The notes beneath the pieces were generated by a model. The model did no database searches, was not told the DNA's origin, and worked only from the letters and a program-made list of their open reading frames with translations. DNA of 63,608 nucleotides, filler included, from Octopus bimaculoides (taxonomy: Eukaryota), in NCBI RefSeq assembly GCF_001194135.2. It is 6 parts of 6 records of this genome, joined end to end, with 100 filler letters (N's around TTAATTAATTAA, not from the genome) between each part and the next. Parts side by side here need not be neighbours in the genome. Positions count along the whole stretch, not along the records: positions 37,156 to 42,211 come from NC_069003.1; positions 42,312 to 55,271 come from NC_068991.1; 4 more parts are not named here. One strand, written 5' to 3'. Of this stretch, positions 37,875-50,064 are shown piece after piece. The first letter of the stretch is position 1; the number at the start of each line of letters is the position of its first letter. The translations under genes were made by a program, and so were the position numbers.

Positions 37875-39030
37875 CAGAAGCAATGCAACAAATGCAAGAG
37901 CAGTATCGGTAATCAGATATGGAATTGGAATTGTAGAATGAACCAAAAACGACCCATAGAAACTTGACAGAAAAACTAAAAAGCTTTTGACAATATATGG
38001 GTCCCACCATCCGAAAGCTAATATCAACTGGCGGTAGTTGAAGAGAGACCAGGGTAGAAGAGGTTTAATTGTTGTGTAACAGTGTGTACAGATGGAAAGA
38101 AAAATCCTAGCAGAGTATTTATAGAACAGCAGAGATTAATTACTAAAGACAGTGAATATGGAAGAGGTGATTAAGTGTGGAGTAGGATAAAAGGACAAGA
38201 ATGAAATTCAAAGAGAGCAAGTTAAACAGATTGAAGAGAAACCTTTGCGCGGTCAATTTTAGAAAGCTACTCAGGATGTTTGCGGAACAAAATCCTGGGG
38301 TTGTTTAAAAAAAAGAACAATTAAAAAAAAGAAACAGAAAGCCTAATCATAACGGTGCAAAATCAAGCGATGACAACAAACTCCTTGTGAAAATATATGG
38401 GGAAAAGGTGTGAGAAAAATGTAGTCTGTGGGATTTGGAATGAGACCGTGGTACTCACTGTTGAAGAATGTCCCAAGTTGGTACGAGTTGAATATGAGAA
38501 ATGGAGGCATGATCAAGTTGTGAAAGTTTTATACCGGAAGTCAGAAATGGAGTTTTGAAGCTCTGGAGGCACATGGTATGATCATCGAGTTGAAAGAAAG
38601 CTGAAGTCGGAGAAATGCAAAATTGTGTTGGATTTTCCTATCCAAACGAATAAGAATCTAGAAAATAATAGACCAAATATAACAATAATAGACAAGGGAA
38701 AATGAAGCTGCTTACTATTTGATCTATCATGTCCGTTTGATTCTAGGATTGTAAAGAAAGTGGATAAAAAAAAAAGAAAATACAATCCCTTAAACTGTAA
38801 TGGTTGTGCCTGTAATAATTGACGCATTGGGAACTGTGAGTAAAGATATAAAGAAATAGCTGAAGGAGATTGGAATAGAATGTCCTGTAGAGCTTCGATA
38901 CTGTGCGTCAAGAAAGATTAGGAGGTGGAGTTTTAAGCACCTGAAAGGCAGTCGAAAGCTTGCGAATGCCTAAAATTACAGGTAGCAACCCGCTACCTAC
39001 ATAAATTCTACCAGGAATAAAAACGAATAA
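37873..39030 (+). mobile_element. R4/Dong-clade non-LTR retrotransposon, second decayed copy
   Basis: VIRYGIGIVE, LLTIYGSHHPKA, LDFPIQTNKNLENNRPNITIID, LFDLSCPFD, PVIIDALGTV motifs; 3' UTR CAGGTAGCAA-C-CGCTAC shared with 14380-14400. Confidence 0.85.
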
Positions 39031-39033
39031 GAA

Positions 39034-39270
39034 AAGGCGGTGAACTGGCAGAATCATTAGCACACCGGGCGAAATGCTTAACGGTATTTCGCCTGTCTTT
39101 ACGGTCTGAGTTCAAATTCCGCCGAGGTCGACTTTACCTTTCATCCTTTCGGGGTCAATAAATTAAGTACCATATTAAGCAGTGGGGTCGATGTAATCGA
39201 CTTAATCCCTTTGTATGTCCTTGTTTGTCCCCTCTATGCTTAGCCCCTTGTGGGCAATAAAGAAATAAGA
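39034..39270 (+). mobile_element. SINE family A, full length, variant tail
   Basis: AAGGCGGTGAACTGGCAGAATC head through core. Confidence 0.9.
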
Positions 39271-39304
39271 ACGAATCTGAGACAAATCATCAATAGTAAT
39301 AATA

Positions 39305-39486
39305 GTAGGTTTCAAATATTGCCACAAGGCAAATAGTTTCGGGGAAAGGGGTAAGTTGATTACTCAACTGGTACTCATTTTATCGAAACCTGAAAGGATG
39401 AATTTGAACCCAGAACGTAAACACGGATGAAATGTCGCCGCTAAGCATTTTGCCCAAAGTGCTAACTTTTCTGCTAGCTCGCTGCC

Positions 39487-39488
<2 letters not shown>
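39305..39488 (-). mobile_element. SINE family A, inverted relative to its neighbour, with an internal deletion
   Basis: Reverse-complement match. Confidence 0.85.
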
Positions 39489-39520
<32 letters not shown>

Positions 39521-39521
39521 A

Positions 39522-40050
39522 TGCTTTGATACCGTACGAAGCACTGGCTGTAATGGCTTCTGATCTTAACTGATTGCACATTGTTTTGTCTTGGTATAAA
39601 AAGATGAGCTACAGCAAATATTCTGCTTAATACCACAGATTTGCTTGTCAGTTGTTTGACCTTAACCAGTTGAACATGTCCCTTGGTGGCTGACGATATG
39701 TGCATCTCTGATCACGAGCAGTAGTGGGGGAGCCATGTGTTGAGAGGAATTCTTTGCGATTTGAATAATTCACCTTTGGAAACATGGGTGTTTTGCTCAA
39801 CATCATTAAATAAACCTTATTCAGGGACCTTTTGAGCGGGGTGGGCTACTCGACCTGAAGAAAATTCTAACTGGGCCCCACCTGCAAGGTCATGCGCTGT
39901 TTATCTTGATATGAGATCACCATGTCGCGCACATATCGTTGTGATGCATGTGCCTAGTGTACCCTTATCAAACGGGTAGTCATGATGGGTATATTGGGCT
40001 TCGTATATTTTACCCCAGTGTCACTTTGATGGCATGCACTGCTCTCTCAC
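39522..40050 (+). mobile_element. About 530-bp non-coding interspersed repeat (family F) flanked by (TAA)n on both sides
   Basis: Discrete GC-richer block bounded by TAA runs; recognised from memory as an abundant octopus repeat; single copy in this window. Confidence 0.5.
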
Positions 40051-40052
40051 TC

Positions 40053-40130
<78 letters not shown>

Positions 40131-40160
40131 AAGAAGAAGAAGAAGAANNNNNNNNNNCTC

Positions 40161-40235
<75 letters not shown>

Positions 40236-40335
40236 AAGAAGAAGAAGAAGAAGAAGAAGAAGAAGAAGAAGAAGAAGAAGAAGAAGAAGAAGAAAAAGAA
40301 GAAGAACGACGACGACGATGATGATGATGATGATT
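40051..40335. repeat. (TAA)n(AAG)n(GAC/GAT)n compound microsatellite, duplicated across a 10-N gap
   Basis: Directly visible. Confidence 0.9.
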
Positions 40336-41533
40336 TCTTTATTAACCATAAGGGTTTACATTAAGAAAAACATGGACAGTACAGGACAAAACAAAGAATG
40401 CGTCATGTGTACGTGTGTGAGTGTGTGTAATGCAATTTTATATTCTCATGACGGCTACTTTACCAATAAGTTTCACACCAGAAATTGAGATAAGCCTAGC
40501 ATTATTCAGGAAAGAAAAGGTGAAGGGAAGAAGTACGCCTTTGTCATTGGAACGATGTGTGTGCGCGTGTGTTGTATGTGTGTGTGTACATGTGTGTGTT
40601 TGTGTGTGTGTGTGTGCGTGCATGTGTGTATGCACGTATGTGCGTGTGCGTGCCTTTTTGTGTGTTTAGTATGTGTGAGTGGCTATGTGTGTGTGTGTGA
40701 GTATGTGTGTGTTTGGAAACCGTTTATTATAGCTATAGGTAATGTTATCAAACTGGTCGTTGTTTTCATAACTTGTGGGTCTCAAAACGGTACATGTGTG
40801 TGTGGGGGGGGGCGTGTGTAGGTGCGATCAATATCCTATCAATCAATTTAATTGCATTCTAATATCTTACCTATATATATANNNNNNNNNNNNNNNNNNN
40901 NNNNNNNNNNNNNNNNNNNNNNNNNNNNNNNNNNNNNNNNNNNNNNNNNNNNNNNNNNNNNNNNNNNNNNNNNNNNNNNNNNNNNNNNNNNNNNNNNNNN
41001 NNNNNNNNNNNNNNNNNNNNNNNNNNNNNNNNNNNNNNNNNNNNNNNNNNNNNNNNNNNNNNNNNNNNNNNNNNNNNNNNNNNNNNNNNNNNNNNNNNNN
41101 NNNNNNNNNNNNNNNNNNNNNNNNNNNNNNNNNNNNNNNNNNNNNNNNNNNNNNNNNNNNNNNNNNNNNNNNNNNNNNNNNNNNNNNNNNNNNNNNNNNN
41201 NNNNNNNNNNNNNNNNNNNNNNNNNNNNNNNNNNNNNNNNNNNNNNNNNNNNNNNNNNNNNNNNNNNNNNNNNNNNNNNNNNNNNNNNNNNNNNNNNNNN
41301 NNNNNNNNNNNNNNNNNNNNNNNNNNNNNNNNNNNNNNNNNNNNNNNNNNNNNNNNNNNNNNNNNNNNNNNNNNNNNNNNNNNNNNNNNNNNNNNNNNNN
41401 NNNNNNNNNNNNNNNNNNNNNNNNNNNNNNNNNNNNNNNNNNNNNNNNNNNNNNNNNNNNNNNNNNNNNNNNNNNNNNTGTGTGTGTATGAGAGAGAGGT
41501 AGAATAGGGAGAGAGGGAATGAGAGAGAGTGTG

Positions 41534-41577
<44 letters not shown>

Positions 41578-41789
41578 CTTCTGTCTATCTACTTTTCTGT
41601 TCGTGGAAACTCGACTTCAAAGAACCATTGTAATTACAACTCTTTAGTCCAGTGGAATGGACAAATGCGAGGAAGTATGAAATGAAAAACAACAACAACA
41701 ACGTTAACAATAACAACATTAACAACAATCACAACAACAACAACAACGACGACGACGATGACGACGACTATACAACTTGTGTGAATCTC

Positions 41790-41960
41790 TTTGTCGAAAG
41801 CAGTAAATTGGCAGACGTATTGTAGCTTTGGAATGAGTGATTTACAGCATTCGTTCCGGCTCTCTGCGCTCTGAGATCACATATGGCCAAGGTCATGACC
41901 TTTTTTTCTCCTTTGAACATCGATAAATAAAGTACCAGTCCCGTTCTGGGGTCGGTTCTT
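41790..41960 (+). mobile_element. SINE family A, strongly diverged
   Basis: AATTGGCAGAC head, TCTGAGATCAC B-box remnant, TCGATAAATAAAGTACCAGT core. Confidence 0.6.
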
Positions 41961-42162
41961 CTCTTTCTCTTTTGGCTTATCTGTGTAATCCCACGGTGTA
42001 GCCTTGTCACAATGTATTATGTTGATTCGGCTTTAGAATTGCATAAAGGGTACTCGTATCTGCGAAATACTCGGTCACTAACACATTAACTTCATGACTA
42101 AGGAATTTATGAAGTCGAACAATCGAATGCTGATCGTCGACACCGACGAAGAATCCATCATT

Positions 42163-42211
<49 letters not shown>

Positions 42212-42311
42212 NNNNNNNNNNNNNNNNNNNNNNNNNNNNNNNNNNNNNNNNNNNNTTAATTAATTAANNNNNNNNNNNNNNNNNNNNNNNNNNNNNNNNN
42301 NNNNNNNNNNN

Positions 42312-42630
42312 CAGGAACATTGAATTTAGCTTTCAGTAACCCGGGTCCCATACTATAAATCCTATCTCGCCTGGCTAGCTCACTAAGAGCTCTGCGCGTA
42401 GGAACATTGAATTTAGCTTTCAGTAATCCGGGTCCCATACTATAAATCCTATCTCGCCTGGCTAGCTCACTAAGAGCTCTGCGCGTAGGAACATTGAATT
42501 TAGCTTTCAGTAACCCGGGTCTCATACTATAAATCCTATCTCGCCTGGCTAGCTCACTAAGAGCTCTGCGCGTAGGAACATTGAATTTAGCTTTCAGTAA
42601 CCCGGGTCCCATACTATGAATCCTATCTCG
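42312..42630. repeat. 87-bp tandem repeat (about 3.7 copies, truncated by a gap)
   Basis: GAACATTG unit starts at 42315, 42402, 42489, 42576; units differ from the consensus by at most one substitution. Confidence 0.95.
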
Positions 42631-43044
42631 GGTGACCGTGTAAACCCCAAATATAAGGTCTATTTTGTTACAAACCCCGTTAAAATTGTGGCTATCCTTC
42701 GCGATCTTTCGACGCTGAGCTAAAGAATATATAAAACAAATACACCTATATAAAATTAATAAAGCTTATTCAAAAGTATGTAATACAGTCTACATACAAA
42801 TATATTAACTAAATATAGAATACATTATTACATAAAATTTCCAGAGTTCATATATACATATGGAAATCAAATATATGTTATACACAAACATGTGAAATAA
42901 ATATTGAGCGTAAAAATAGAGATTGTAAAACGACATGAGACAGCAATTTTAATGTTTCTAAGTTAATATTTATCTCCTGTGATATTTACCCGAAGCAATT
43001 CTTGGTTTAGTCTAGACTACTGAATATAGATTGGGAGAATAATT

Positions 43045-43131
<87 letters not shown>

Positions 43132-43262
43132 GTCTGTCTATCTGTCTGTCTGACTGTCTGACTGTCTGTCTGCCTATCTATCTGTCTGGCTGTCTGTCTG
43201 TCCGTCTGTCTGTCTATGTATGTATGTATGTATGTATGCATGTATATATCCATCTATCAGTT

Positions 43263-43300
<38 letters not shown>

Positions 43301-43330
43301 TCTATCTGTCTGTCTGTCTGTCTGTCTGTC
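43045..43330. repeat. (TCTG)n/(TCTA)n tetranucleotide microsatellite
   Basis: Directly visible. Confidence 0.95.
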
Positions 43331-43439
43331 CCAGTATATAGATGCAAACATGTATGTATTTATATGAATATGAAGAGGTATCTCTTATCTTTTACTTATT
43401 TCATCATTATACTGCAGCCATGCCGGGGCATTACCCTGT

Positions 43440-44100
43440 ACTTGAACTTGACTGGTATTTTTCGACCCTGGGAGTATAAAAGATAAAGTCGACTATGGTA
43501 GGATTTGAACTCAGTATCTTAAGAGCCGGAAAAAATATTGCAAAGCAATTTATTCCGGTTCTCCAACGACTATGCAGCTTACCGCCCTTAAATAACGGGT
43601 TTTGATTCTTGCAAAATGCAAGCATTTCTGAGGACAGCGAATAATTGGACCACGAAAGGTGTAAAAGTAAAGTCGATATCCGTTGGATTTGAACTCAGAA
43701 TGTGAAGAGCCGGAAGAAATATCGTAAAACAATTTATTCCGGCTCTTCAACGACTCTACCAGCTTACCGCCCTTAAATAACGGGTTTTGATTCATACAAA
43801 ATGCAAGCATTTCTGAGGATAGCCAACAATTGGACCACGGAAGCTGTTATGGCTCAAGCTACTGCTATCTAGCACCATCGGATGATCTCTACTCAACCGC
43901 TACACAACTGCTACTCGACTGCTACTCAACACTCCTACCATGGCCAGACTACCTCTATTCAATATGTCTTGGGAGATCCTACTTCTTCACCTGGGGGCAT
44001 CGACACAAAGTAAAGTCAATATCCGTTGGATTTGAACTCAGAATGTAAAGAGACGGAAGAAATGCCGCAAAGAATATTTTCCTACGCACTTACGACTTCG
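43440..44100 (-). repeat. About 185-bp tandem duplication of a SINE A head plus flank, with a third head copy
   Basis: CCGCCCTTAAATAACGGGTTTTGATTC at 43582 and 43767; GGATTTGAACTCAG occurs three times. Confidence 0.85.
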
Positions 44101-44945
44101 TTGCTAGGTGTTATAATTTAGCTAACAAAACCATAACGAGGTTGAAAATATCGATTACAAGCCGGGGTTCTTGAGTTTTTTTCTGTCGACCTCATGACAA
44201 TAAGATCATTACTTTGCAATACCTAAGAGGAAGAAACCAGGCCTCCCCAGTTACAGCAATAATAAGCATTTTCAGCTTCAATAAATAAATATATAATTAC
44301 TCTAGTAGGATGGAAATTGGTATTGAGTCCATTAGTTAACTTTTTCGTTGCTTCAGCAAAATTAACACACACACACACAGACATAGACATCATATCATAT
44401 ATTTATGTATGTATGCAATATATACATACATATATATATATATATTCTATATATATATATATAAATGTATATCTATATGCATATAAAATATATAAATATA
44501 TACATACGTATGTGTGCATATATATATGTATGTATATATATATATATATATATNNNNNNNNNNNNNNNNNNNNNNNNNNNNNNNNNNNNNNNNNNNNNNN
44601 NNNNNNNNNNNNNNNNNNNNNNNNNNNNNNNNNNNNNNNNNNNNNNNNNNNNNNNNNNNNNNNNNNNNNNNNNNNNNNNNNNNNNNNNNNATAAGAAGGA
44701 AAGATGATCTGTGCCGACATCTGTTGATAAGAGATACATATTTAGCATTCTTTGAAATCTTTGGAAAGTGATTAGGAAGGGTTGGGGAGGTGTCTGAGGT
44801 AAGGGACGGTGGAGGAGTGGGGAGGTAAAGAGGGAAAATAATTTGGCACTGATTCCGTTAATACTTAACTACCTGTTTTGCCCAAAAGATAATGACTTCT
44901 ACTACTACAACAATAATAACAATAATAATGGCAATAATAATAATA

Positions 44946-45112
44946 ATCCTTTCTACGATAAGCACAAGGCCTGAAATTTGGTGGCGGGGAGGGGAATAGC
45001 CAATTAAATCGACTCCACTGTTTCACTGGAACTTAATTTATCGACCCCCGAAAGGATGAAAGGCAAAGTCGAACTCGGGGGAATTTGAACTCAGAACGTA
45101 GACAGGCGACGT
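44946..45112 (-). mobile_element. SINE family A lacking its head
   Basis: Reverse-complement core TCGACCCCCGAAAGGATGAAAGGCAAAGTCGA. Confidence 0.85.
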
Positions 45113-45278
45113 CTTAGTAATAATATAAATACCAACCCTTCCTATTATAGGCACACAATGTTTTCATATCTTCTCATTTGTATGGAATATCTTAAACAGG
45201 GACACACACAAAAGACAGCCACTCCTACCTAAAATTCCTACTGTAAATTCTTCCTAGGAAATTAAGCAACACAAAGTC

Positions 45279-45317
<39 letters not shown>

Positions 45318-45429
45318 CTGTGCGCACGCTCATACACCCCCACACATGTCTCCTTCTCTTGCACTCTCCTGTCTTAACTTTTTCTTCACTCTTTCCCTTC
45401 CGGTCATTTCAAAATGTAACCGCGTGTGT

Positions 45430-45596
45430 ATCGTTGGCGATTTTCTTCCTCCGTCTTCCCTTCCTTTGGATTTCCTTCTATTTCTGAAGAAGAGCAAGGC
45501 TCGAAACGTTAAATCCTTTTTTCCTTCCTTTCCTGAGCATCTGATAATACAGTACTTGTACCACGTCCTCGAGTTATTGTTTTTTCTTGTTTGTTC

Positions 45597-45600
<4 letters not shown>
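45430..45600 (+). mobile_element. Family E hammerhead-bearing repeat with a (TAA)n tail
   Basis: Homologous to 20-165 and 4486-4612. Confidence 0.65.
45480..45514 (+). ncRNA. Minimal type I hammerhead ribozyme motif with intact core
   Basis: ATTT-CTGAAGA-A-GAGC(AAG)GCTC-GAAA-C-GTT-AAAT; palindromic AACGTT stem III. Confidence 0.65.
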
Positions 45601-45649
<49 letters not shown>

Positions 45650-46157
45650 AAATGATATGTGAGCATATGCATGTATTCATACATATATGTACATACCNNN
45701 NNNNNNNNNNNNNNNNNNNNNNNNNNNNNNNNNNNNNNNNNNNNNNNNNNNNNNNNNNNNNNNNNNNNNNNNNNNNNNNNNNNNNNNNNNNNNNNNNNNN
45801 NNNNNNNNNNNNNNNNNNNNNNNNNNNNNNNNNNNNNNNNNNNNNNNNNNNNNNNNNNNNNNNNNNNNNNNNNNNNNNNNNNNNNNNNNNNNNNNNNNNN
45901 NNNNNNNNNNNNNNNNNNNNNNNNNNNNNNNNNNNNNNNNNNNNNNNNNNNNNNNNNNNNNNNNNNNNNNNNNNNNNNNNNNNNNNNNNNNNNNNNNNNN
46001 NNNNNNNNNNNNNNNNNNNNNNNNNNNNNNNNNNNNNNNNNNNNNNNNNNNNGTGAGTTTAGTGTTTAGGAATGTGATTTTACACCCACCCACACACACA
46101 CTTATATATATGTTACATATGCATACACACACATATATCGAGTGAGACACAGAGAGC

Positions 46158-46245
<88 letters not shown>

Positions 46246-46519
46246 AAAAAAGGGACAAAAGAGAAGGGAGAGACGGAAGATGATTAATGTCATATTTGAT
46301 GTTAAATTTGCATTGTCGGTCACGTGAAAGGAAACAGTGATGCCCTGTAGATCGACTATGAACACGAAAAAAAAATAATAAAATAATAAAATAAAATAAA
46401 TAAATACACAGAAACCAATCAGAGCGCTAAACATAAGAACTAACGAAGTTATTATCATAATCACAAGATATCACAGACTTTCAGTCAGTGATTATATATA
46501 AGTTCCCTCTGGTCGTTGT

Positions 46520-46945
46520 CGTCGCCGTTAACACAATAATCATCGTTGTTATCAACGTAGTTTTTGCATTTTCACAATTATCACCAACGTCGTCGCCGTC
46601 ATTCTCGCCGTCGTCGTCGACCTTATCATCATCATCACCATCATCATCGTCATCATCATCATCGTCATCATCAACATCACCATCGTCGTCGTCATCGTCG
46701 CTATCATCATCATCATCACCATCATCATCGTCATCATCAACATCATCATCATCGTCATTAAAACAACATCACCATCGTCGTCATCGTCGCTATCATCATC
46801 ATCATCATCATTGTCATAATCGTTATCATCATCATCGTCATCGTCGTCATCGTCGCCATCATCATCATCATTATCGTCGTCGTCGTAGTCATCATCATCA
46901 CCATCACCATCATCATCATCATCATCATCATCAACACTATCGCCT
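46520..46945. repeat. (ATC/GTC)n degenerate trinucleotide array
   Basis: Directly visible; source of the poly-His/Ser/Asp ORFs. Confidence 0.9.
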
Positions 46946-46964
46946 TCGGTTTCATATTTTCTCA

Positions 46965-47062
46965 TTAGGATAAATTAAGTACCAGTTGCATACTGGGGTC
47001 GATCTAATCGACTGGCCCCCTCCCCCAAATTTCTGGCCATGTGCCTATATTAAAAAGGATTA
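46965..47062 (+). mobile_element. SINE family A, 3' half
   Basis: GATAAATTAAGTACCAGTTGCATACTGGGGTCGATCTAATCGAC, nearly identical to 1195-1240. Confidence 0.85.
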
Positions 47063-47464
47063 TATATCACAATGATCATAGATTAATTCTAAGACACTTA
47101 CCAACCGGATGAGAATACTTAATACTTATATTTTTTTCTCATATTTAAAACTTATTACATCGTTTAAAATTAAGACTCAATTCAGAAGTAATCATAATTT
47201 TGAGGATAATTTTCTTTACCAATTTTGAATTTAAATGTGATATTTGGTTACGTTAGGCAAGATTTATAGTAACTTTCTTACAAGTGGATACAATGCGGTA
47301 GTTATATTCTTTATAATTTCATCAGATGAAGTTTATGGCCATTTAAGCACCAACAAAAATCAGCATTGCTTGGAACTGTAAGAATTCTTCGCAGAGTTCT
47401 TGAAGACTGACCAGTAATCAAGTGTCACCTTAGTCCCAGCGAAATAAGCAGCGAGTTTTCGTAT

Positions 47465-47860
47465 AATGATGATTGATGATGATTGATGGTGATTGATGGT
47501 GATTGGTGATGATTGATGGTGATTGATGATGACTGATGATGATTGATGGTGATTGACGATGATTGATGATGATTGATGACGATTGACGATGATTGATGAT
47601 GATTGATGGTGATTGACGATGATTGATGACGATTGATGATGATTGATGGTGATTGATGATGATTGATGATTGATGGGTGATGGATGATTGATGGGTGATG
47701 GATGATTGATGATGATTGATTGATGATGGATGATGGATGATGGATGATGGATGATGGATGATGGATGGATGATGGATGATGGATGATGGATGATGGATGA
47801 TGATGATGGATGATGGATGATGATGGATGATGGATGATGATGGTGATATTGATGATGATC
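47465..47860. repeat. GAT-based minisatellite shifting from a 10-bp period to a 7-bp period
   Basis: GATTGATGAT/GATTGATGGT/GATTGACGAT units, then GATGGAT units. Confidence 0.9.
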
Positions 47861-48119
47861 GGCGGAATTTGAACTCAGAACATAGCGACGGACGAAATGC
47901 TACAAAGCATTTCGTCCAGTGAGCTAACAATAATAATAATAATAATAGTAAATTGAACAAAATGATTCTGATAAATAATGATGACGATGGAGAGTGTCAT
48001 CAACCAGATTTTGAAGATTACTGACGTCATCAAATCTTAAACCAATGAACGAGAAACAACAGTATTCTTAGTATCGCGGAAACAGCAATAGCGTCATTAT
48101 TACATGTTCACACACACAT

Positions 48120-48165
<46 letters not shown>

Positions 48166-48277
48166 AGCATACACACACACACACACGCGCACACGCACAC
48201 ACGCACACGCACTTATTCATACATTGCAGTAGAACACTCAAATGCGCACACATATACATATATAGATATGCATATAG

Positions 48278-48319
<42 letters not shown>

Positions 48320-48622
48320 CATACATACACACACATGCATTAAAATACACACACACATACACGCATTCACCCAAATCAAAAATAAAGCAAAAAGGACGTA
48401 CACACTGACACACTGAATGTATAATTTTGATGCTCAATGTATGTATGTATACATATGCATATATATATGTGCATACATACGTATACATACGTATATGCAT
48501 ATGCAGACATGCGTATACACACAATCAACGCAAATATTTACAAGTATTTATGTGTATATGTCTATGTATATTTGTATGCATGTATGTATATTTTTTATGT
48601 ATGTATGTATGTATGTATGTAT

Positions 48623-48653
<31 letters not shown>

Positions 48654-49071
48654 CGTGCGAAACTTCATTATCTTCATTATCATCGACATCATCAATGCCT
48701 TAATCATCCCAAATGCCACCNNNNNNNNNNNNNNNNNNNNNNNNNNNNNNNNNNNNNNNNNNNNNNNNNNNNNNNNNNNNNNNNNNNNNNNNNNNNNNNN
48801 NNNNNNNNNNNNNNNNNNNNNNNNNNNNNNNNNNNNNNNNNNNNNNNNNNNNNNNNNNNNNNNNNNNNNNNNNNNNNNNNNNNNNNNNNNNNNNNNNNNN
48901 NNNNNNNNNNNNNNNNNNNNNNNNNNNNNNNNNNNNNNNNNNNNNNNNNNNNNNNNNNNNNNNNNNNNNNNNNNNNNNNNNNNNNNNNNNNNNNNNNNNN
49001 NNNNNNNNNNNNNNNNNNNNNNNNNNNNNNNNNNNNNNNNNNNNNNNNNNNNNNNNNNNNNNNNNNNNNNN

Positions 49072-49102
<31 letters not shown>

Positions 49103-49310
49103 GTCATCATCATCATCGTCATCATCATGATGACTAACAATTGTATACCTCTACAATTTTTACATATTGCTGCACCCATTGCCCCCCCCCCCATCATAGA
49201 ACCACTTGAAATGCACAAACAAATGACGTAACCTCTACTTGACACTCGACTTGATGGGAAGAAAATAGCAGCCGAACTTTCCTCAAATCACGTTCTGAAA
49301 AATATCATCA

Positions 49311-49346
<36 letters not shown>

Positions 49347-49616
49347 GATAGATAGATGAGTTCTATCTATCTATCTATTACATTTCTGCTGAGTTTCCAG
49401 TCCTCTCTATAAACTAAAAATGAATTAGATTGACATTTATTTTAATTTGAACCTGTTGAAGACACACGAGATGTCGAAATATTGTTCAAAGGACAAATAA
49501 ATAAGTTACTTTCGAGTTGCGCTTTTTGTCATTGAGTTGGCCGTAGTGATGGATTACGTCAGCTATGTTTACCTTAGTGATGGAATTTGGCAATCGTATA
49601 CAAAAGTTAAGAACAC

Positions 49617-49665
<49 letters not shown>

Positions 49666-49667
49666 AC

Positions 49668-49731
<64 letters not shown>

Positions 49732-50064
49732 GTAGGAAAGATAGATTGACACAATTTTATTCTATTGTATTCGGTGCGATGTCGGAGCGGAACTCCTTTA
49801 AACTCTGCCTTTTGAGGACCGACCTTTCCCTAAGCAGCAACAATAACAACATCAACGAAAAGTACAAGAACGATATGTTACATTCAAACAATCTTTTATC
49901 TTTTACTGGTTTCAGTCATTTCACTGCGGCCATATATATATTTTTGCATACATACACAGACAGACATGCATTTGCGTTAAAATTGTGAACCTCAGTCCTT
50001 GTTTGAAAAGGAAATCCGAGCCTTCAAGTATGTTGGGGCAGGTGCCATAGTTTGGGTGTCTACA

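Noticed and set aside
40048-40335. Repeated CTC(AAT)n(AAG)n block
   Set aside because: The duplicate straddles a 10-N gap and is most likely an unmerged contig overlap.
42312-42630. CRISPR-like appearance of the regular repeats
   Set aside because: The units are contiguous with no unique spacers, the context is eukaryotic and no cas genes are present.
46488-46973. Poly-His/Ser/Asp ORFs, and similar HT/YI/VC/poly-N/K/L ORFs throughout the ORF track
   Set aside because: These are translations of microsatellites, open in several frames, with no splice support.
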